A DNA stretch of 64,000 nt from a virus. The stretch spans positions 10,199-74,198 of the IMG/VR virus record IMGVR_UViG_3300009149_000001. One strand, written 5' to 3'. A model generated the notes under the pieces. The model did not search any database and was not told where the DNA came from. It was given only the letters and a program-made list of their open reading frames with translations. A program made the translations under genes and the position numbers. Positions 61,013 through 64,000 of the stretch are shown piece by piece. The number at the start of each line of letters is the position of its first letter. Position 1 is the stretch's first letter.

Positions 61013-62071
61013 TTGATAACAATGAGTAATGTACAAGAATCAATAACAAAAATTGCAACTAAGACAGGGAAACCTGAAACTGAAGTGCAAACCATGTACG
61101 AAAGTCATTTAGCTAGTCTACCCCCAACAATTACAGGCGACATAACTCGTCAGAAATATGCAATCAAGTTGACTAATAGAGATTGTGGTGTAAATACCAA
61201 ATCTCCAGCAGTCGCATTTGAAGGCGTAGTAATTGGTGCAGGTGAGACCAGAGATATGATGGAAGGTATATGGACAAAGGCTATTGAAGATTATCAAAAA
61301 GACCAAGCAGGAACCGTAGCTAGAAAAGAAGTAGCCATCATTGATGGTGCAGTAACTCCACTAGAGACAAGACAAACTTGGCCTTCAGGCGACGCCAACA
61401 AAAACTTTGGTAAGCCAAAAGCAAAACATGCTTATGTTAAAGACCTCATAATGGCTGTCAGAAAACCTGGCGAAACTGCTTTCACAGCAGGTAAGATGAG
61501 ATTACGTGGTGACCAATGCTCGGTCAATGTACCATTCGGCAAAATCTGTGAGTTTAAAGCTCTCGGAGAACTTGTCAATAATGAGTTTGCATTGAAGAGT
61601 AGTGTTACAACTAACTTTAATCTTAAAGGTGAAACCACACCGGAACAATTTATGGAAATCTTAGATACAGCATTTCCAACTCACACAAAAGAGTTGGGAG
61701 AGTGTCTAGCATACCATCAATCTCTAACTGGTTCACCAGGTTTCTACGACAGATTTGTTATCACAGAAGGTACAGTGGCATTTATCAAATTCCCTGATAC
61801 AGATGACAAAAACATTATGATCGTACTTAACGATGATAGTCTAAATGACCCAATCGATGGTATTACAATTTGGTTACCAAACAAATTCCGTGAATTAGTA
61901 AACTTCGGTAGATCTTCAGTGATCACTGTTGTAGCTCAAACCCGTGAGACAACTCAATGGGATAGAGAGGCAAGAGCAAACACAGATATACCAACAGTTT
62001 CTTTGAACGGATTTAGTGTCTTTGGTAGACCAGGTCTAACTACCCTCGCAGAAGAACCAGAAATATTATAG
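61013..62071 (+). CDS. RPA-like ssDNA-binding protein (tandem OB folds)
   Basis: N-terminal helical domain, FEGVVIG, second OB-like EGTV...L.D....ITIW; next to a Sak4-like gene. Confidence 0.55.
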   Translation: MITMSNVQESITKIATKTGKPETEVQTMYESHLASLPPTITGDITRQKYAIKLTNRDCGVNTKSPAVAFEGVVIGAGETRDMMEGIWTKAIEDYQKDQAGTVARKEVAIIDGAVTPLETRQTWPSGDANKNFGKPKAKHAYVKDLIMAVRKPGETAFTAGKMRLRGDQCSVNVPFGKICEFKALGELVNNEFALKSSVTTNFNLKGETTPEQFMEILDTAFPTHTKELGECLAYHQSLTGSPGFYDRFVITEGTVAFIKFPDTDDKNIMIVLNDDSLNDPIDGITIWLPNKFRELVNFGRSSVITVVAQTRETTQWDREARANTDIPTVSLNGFSVFGRPGLTTLAEEPEIL

Positions 62072-62479
62072 ATCCCTAGATCTTAATATCTTCTTTTTCT
62101 TTTTTTTAATTATGAGAAATAAACGAAAATCACAACCAGATACACCATTTGAAGAAAATAAAGATAAAGCAATTATAGATATAATTGATACTACAACAGC
62201 ACCAACTGAGTGGACTGAAAAAGATGATGAAATAATTAAACAATATCGTCAAGATGTAAAAGATGGTAAAGTCAGTGTTAAAGAGTTAACCATTAAAGAA
62301 TCAATTAGTAAAGTAGTAGAACCAAAGAAACGTGTTCGATCAATCAACAAGATAAAATTCTGGTGTGTCACATGCACATCCAGTTATACAATTCACTTAA
62401 AAGCTGATGACGGTACATTCCAAAAACCACAAGGAATTTGTCCTCACATGACTTTACAAGATTATGAGATGTTATACTA

Positions 62480-63349
62480 ATGCCCCCAGAAGAAGTATTA
62501 GACACAGCTAAGGTAGAGGTCAAGAAACCTCTATTTGTTAGTTCAAAAGATGCGCAATCTTTAACTGGTTTCAAAATCCTCTATTGGGGAGAATTTGGAA
62601 CTGGTAAAACTTTTGACGCCTGTACATTCCCAGGTCCGATTCATATCATATCAACTGAATTTGGAACAGCACCTATTGTTGCCCAAACAGGAAGAGAAGA
62701 TATATTTAGACTTGAATGTACAGATCCATTTACTGAAAAACCTGTAAAGGCTAACGGTGATATCGATGATGAGCCATTTGCAACCGATCCGGTTGATTCC
62801 CTCAATAGAGTTGAGGAAGCAACTGAGTGGTTGTTCCAGGCTTACAAGAGTGGAGAGTTGAAAGGCGGTACAGTTATCGTTGATTCGATTTCTGATATTT
62901 GGGCTTGGTTAGCTAATTGGCTAGATTATATAGCAAAGAAGCAAGCAAGTAAGAGTTCAGGAAAAGAATACATGATGAGAACAGAGTGGCAAAAAGCCAA
63001 TGCTAAATACAAGTGGATCTTAATGAGACTACTTGCACTACCATGTAATATGGTATTGACAGCAAGATCATCTGCTGTGTATGATGGCACTGGAAATGTT
63101 ACATCTGTAACTAAACCAAAAGCACAAGGGGAGACATCCTATTATGTTGATGTGGTAGCACATTTATCTAATGAGATTAATTCTGAAGTTGTTGATGGTA
63201 AGTTAACTGGAAAAACTACATCCAAACGTCAATGTGTAATTGAAAAATGTAGACTTGGTGATATCAATAATTTGGTATTAGAAAGTGGTACATATGAAGC
63301 ATTGAAAGCAGGATTAGGTCCATTTGTACCAAAAGGAACGTTCATCTAA
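62480..63349 (+). CDS. AAA_24/Sak4-like recombinase ATPase
   Basis: KILYWGEFGTGKT, Walker B VIVDSIS, W...N, VLTAR, EKCR. Confidence 0.8.
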   Translation: MPPEEVLDTAKVEVKKPLFVSSKDAQSLTGFKILYWGEFGTGKTFDACTFPGPIHIISTEFGTAPIVAQTGREDIFRLECTDPFTEKPVKANGDIDDEPFATDPVDSLNRVEEATEWLFQAYKSGELKGGTVIVDSISDIWAWLANWLDYIAKKQASKSSGKEYMMRTEWQKANAKYKWILMRLLALPCNMVLTARSSAVYDGTGNVTSVTKPKAQGETSYYVDVVAHLSNEINSEVVDGKLTGKTTSKRQCVIEKCRLGDINNLVLESGTYEALKAGLGPFVPKGTFI

Positions 63350-63510
63350 CACTTTCTTTTTTCCTTAACATGATTTATCAGTACATCCTTTTACTTCAAA
63401 AAGAATATGAAAAAACTTTAAAACGGTATTTCGAACTAGGCGGGACAGCGGACTTCCTTGAGAAGTCTGGTATTAAAAAAACCTTTTTAAACCCCTAAAA
63501 GAATACTATT

Positions 63511-64000
63511 ATGATGAATAAATTAATATTCATGCCTTTATTATTGGTTTTAATCATACCAATAGTATTCGCAGAAGAAAATACAGTCAACGTACCTTTT
63601 ACCTCACATGGTAATAGTTGTACATTTGATGAAATAGCAATCGAATATCATTGCATCTGGCAAGGAACACCTGATAAGATGACTAGAGAAACTTTAGAGG
63701 AATTTAAAGACAATCTCACAGTTGAGGAATATATAGAAGCCTTAGATGACATTCTAGAGGAAGAAGCTAAAGCAGAATGCTTTGACAATCCTGAATGTCC
63801 TTTAGGAATATATAATCCAACACCAGAACCTGAAACACCACTATCTCCTGAGAGCGCATCAGAGAAGGCGTTGATTGAGAAAATCAACAATATCTTAGCA
63901 GCAGAAGACCCAAGATGTTATCAAGGATTTGGCACAACCACAGGTGTCCAACAAGTTAGAGACTTTTCAATCCCCGTGCATACTATAACACGAGACGGTA
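63511..64000 (+). CDS. Secreted protein (3' truncated)
   Basis: Signal peptide MMNKLIFMPLLLVLIIPIVFA/EE; frame open to the window end; TATA-like element upstream. Confidence 0.7.
   Translation, partial: MMNKLIFMPLLLVLIIPIVFAEENTVNVPFTSHGNSCTFDEIAIEYHCIWQGTPDKMTRETLEEFKDNLTVEEYIEALDDILEEEAKAECFDNPECPLGIYNPTPEPETPLSPESASEKALIEKINNILAAEDPRCYQGFGTTTGVQQVRDFSIPVHTITRDG

Noticed and set aside
1-64000. Provirus boundary or host DNA
   Set aside because: No integrase, att-tRNA or housekeeping block; the whole window looks viral.

Overview
A 64-kb segment (roughly 35% GC) of a tailed (Caudoviricetes, siphovirus-type) archaeal virus. The host is probably an ammonia-oxidising Nitrososphaeria/Thaumarchaeota; this is inferred from TATA-box leaderless promoters, ERCC4-HhH, MCM-like and RPA-like genes, and thaumarchaeal-type small proteins. 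Layout: 1-4.8 kb (+) holds folE/queC (7-deazaguanine pathway), an ERCC4 nuclease and an MCM-like ATPase. 4.8-35.65 kb (-) is the morphogenesis block: fibres, TerS/TerL, portal, protease, scaffold, MCP, tail tube, chaperone with -1 frameshift, tape measure, tail tip and two 2OG-Fe(II) oxygenases. 35.7-40.3 kb is the strand-switch region. It has a cluster of structured ncRNA candidates and about 18 repeated promoters of two classes driving tiny genes and convergent antisense units. Several of those genes completely avoid particular dinucleotides. 40.3-64 kb (+) has many early/middle small genes, a HerA-like ATPase, a NeuB/CMP-transferase/Maf-like module, about 10 wHTH proteins genome-wide, RPA-like and Sak4-like genes, and further ncRNA candidates including a ~600-nt one. 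Most notable: (i) the promoter-cassette array with unit-specific GpC or GG/CC avoidance, including a recoded paralog pair; (ii) recurrent apparent non-canonical starts (ATA/TTA overlapping the upstream stop); (iii) several novel structured RNAs; (iv) an apparently inactive LigD-phosphoesterase domain fused to the prohead protease. All family calls come from motif recognition by eye, with no database searches.
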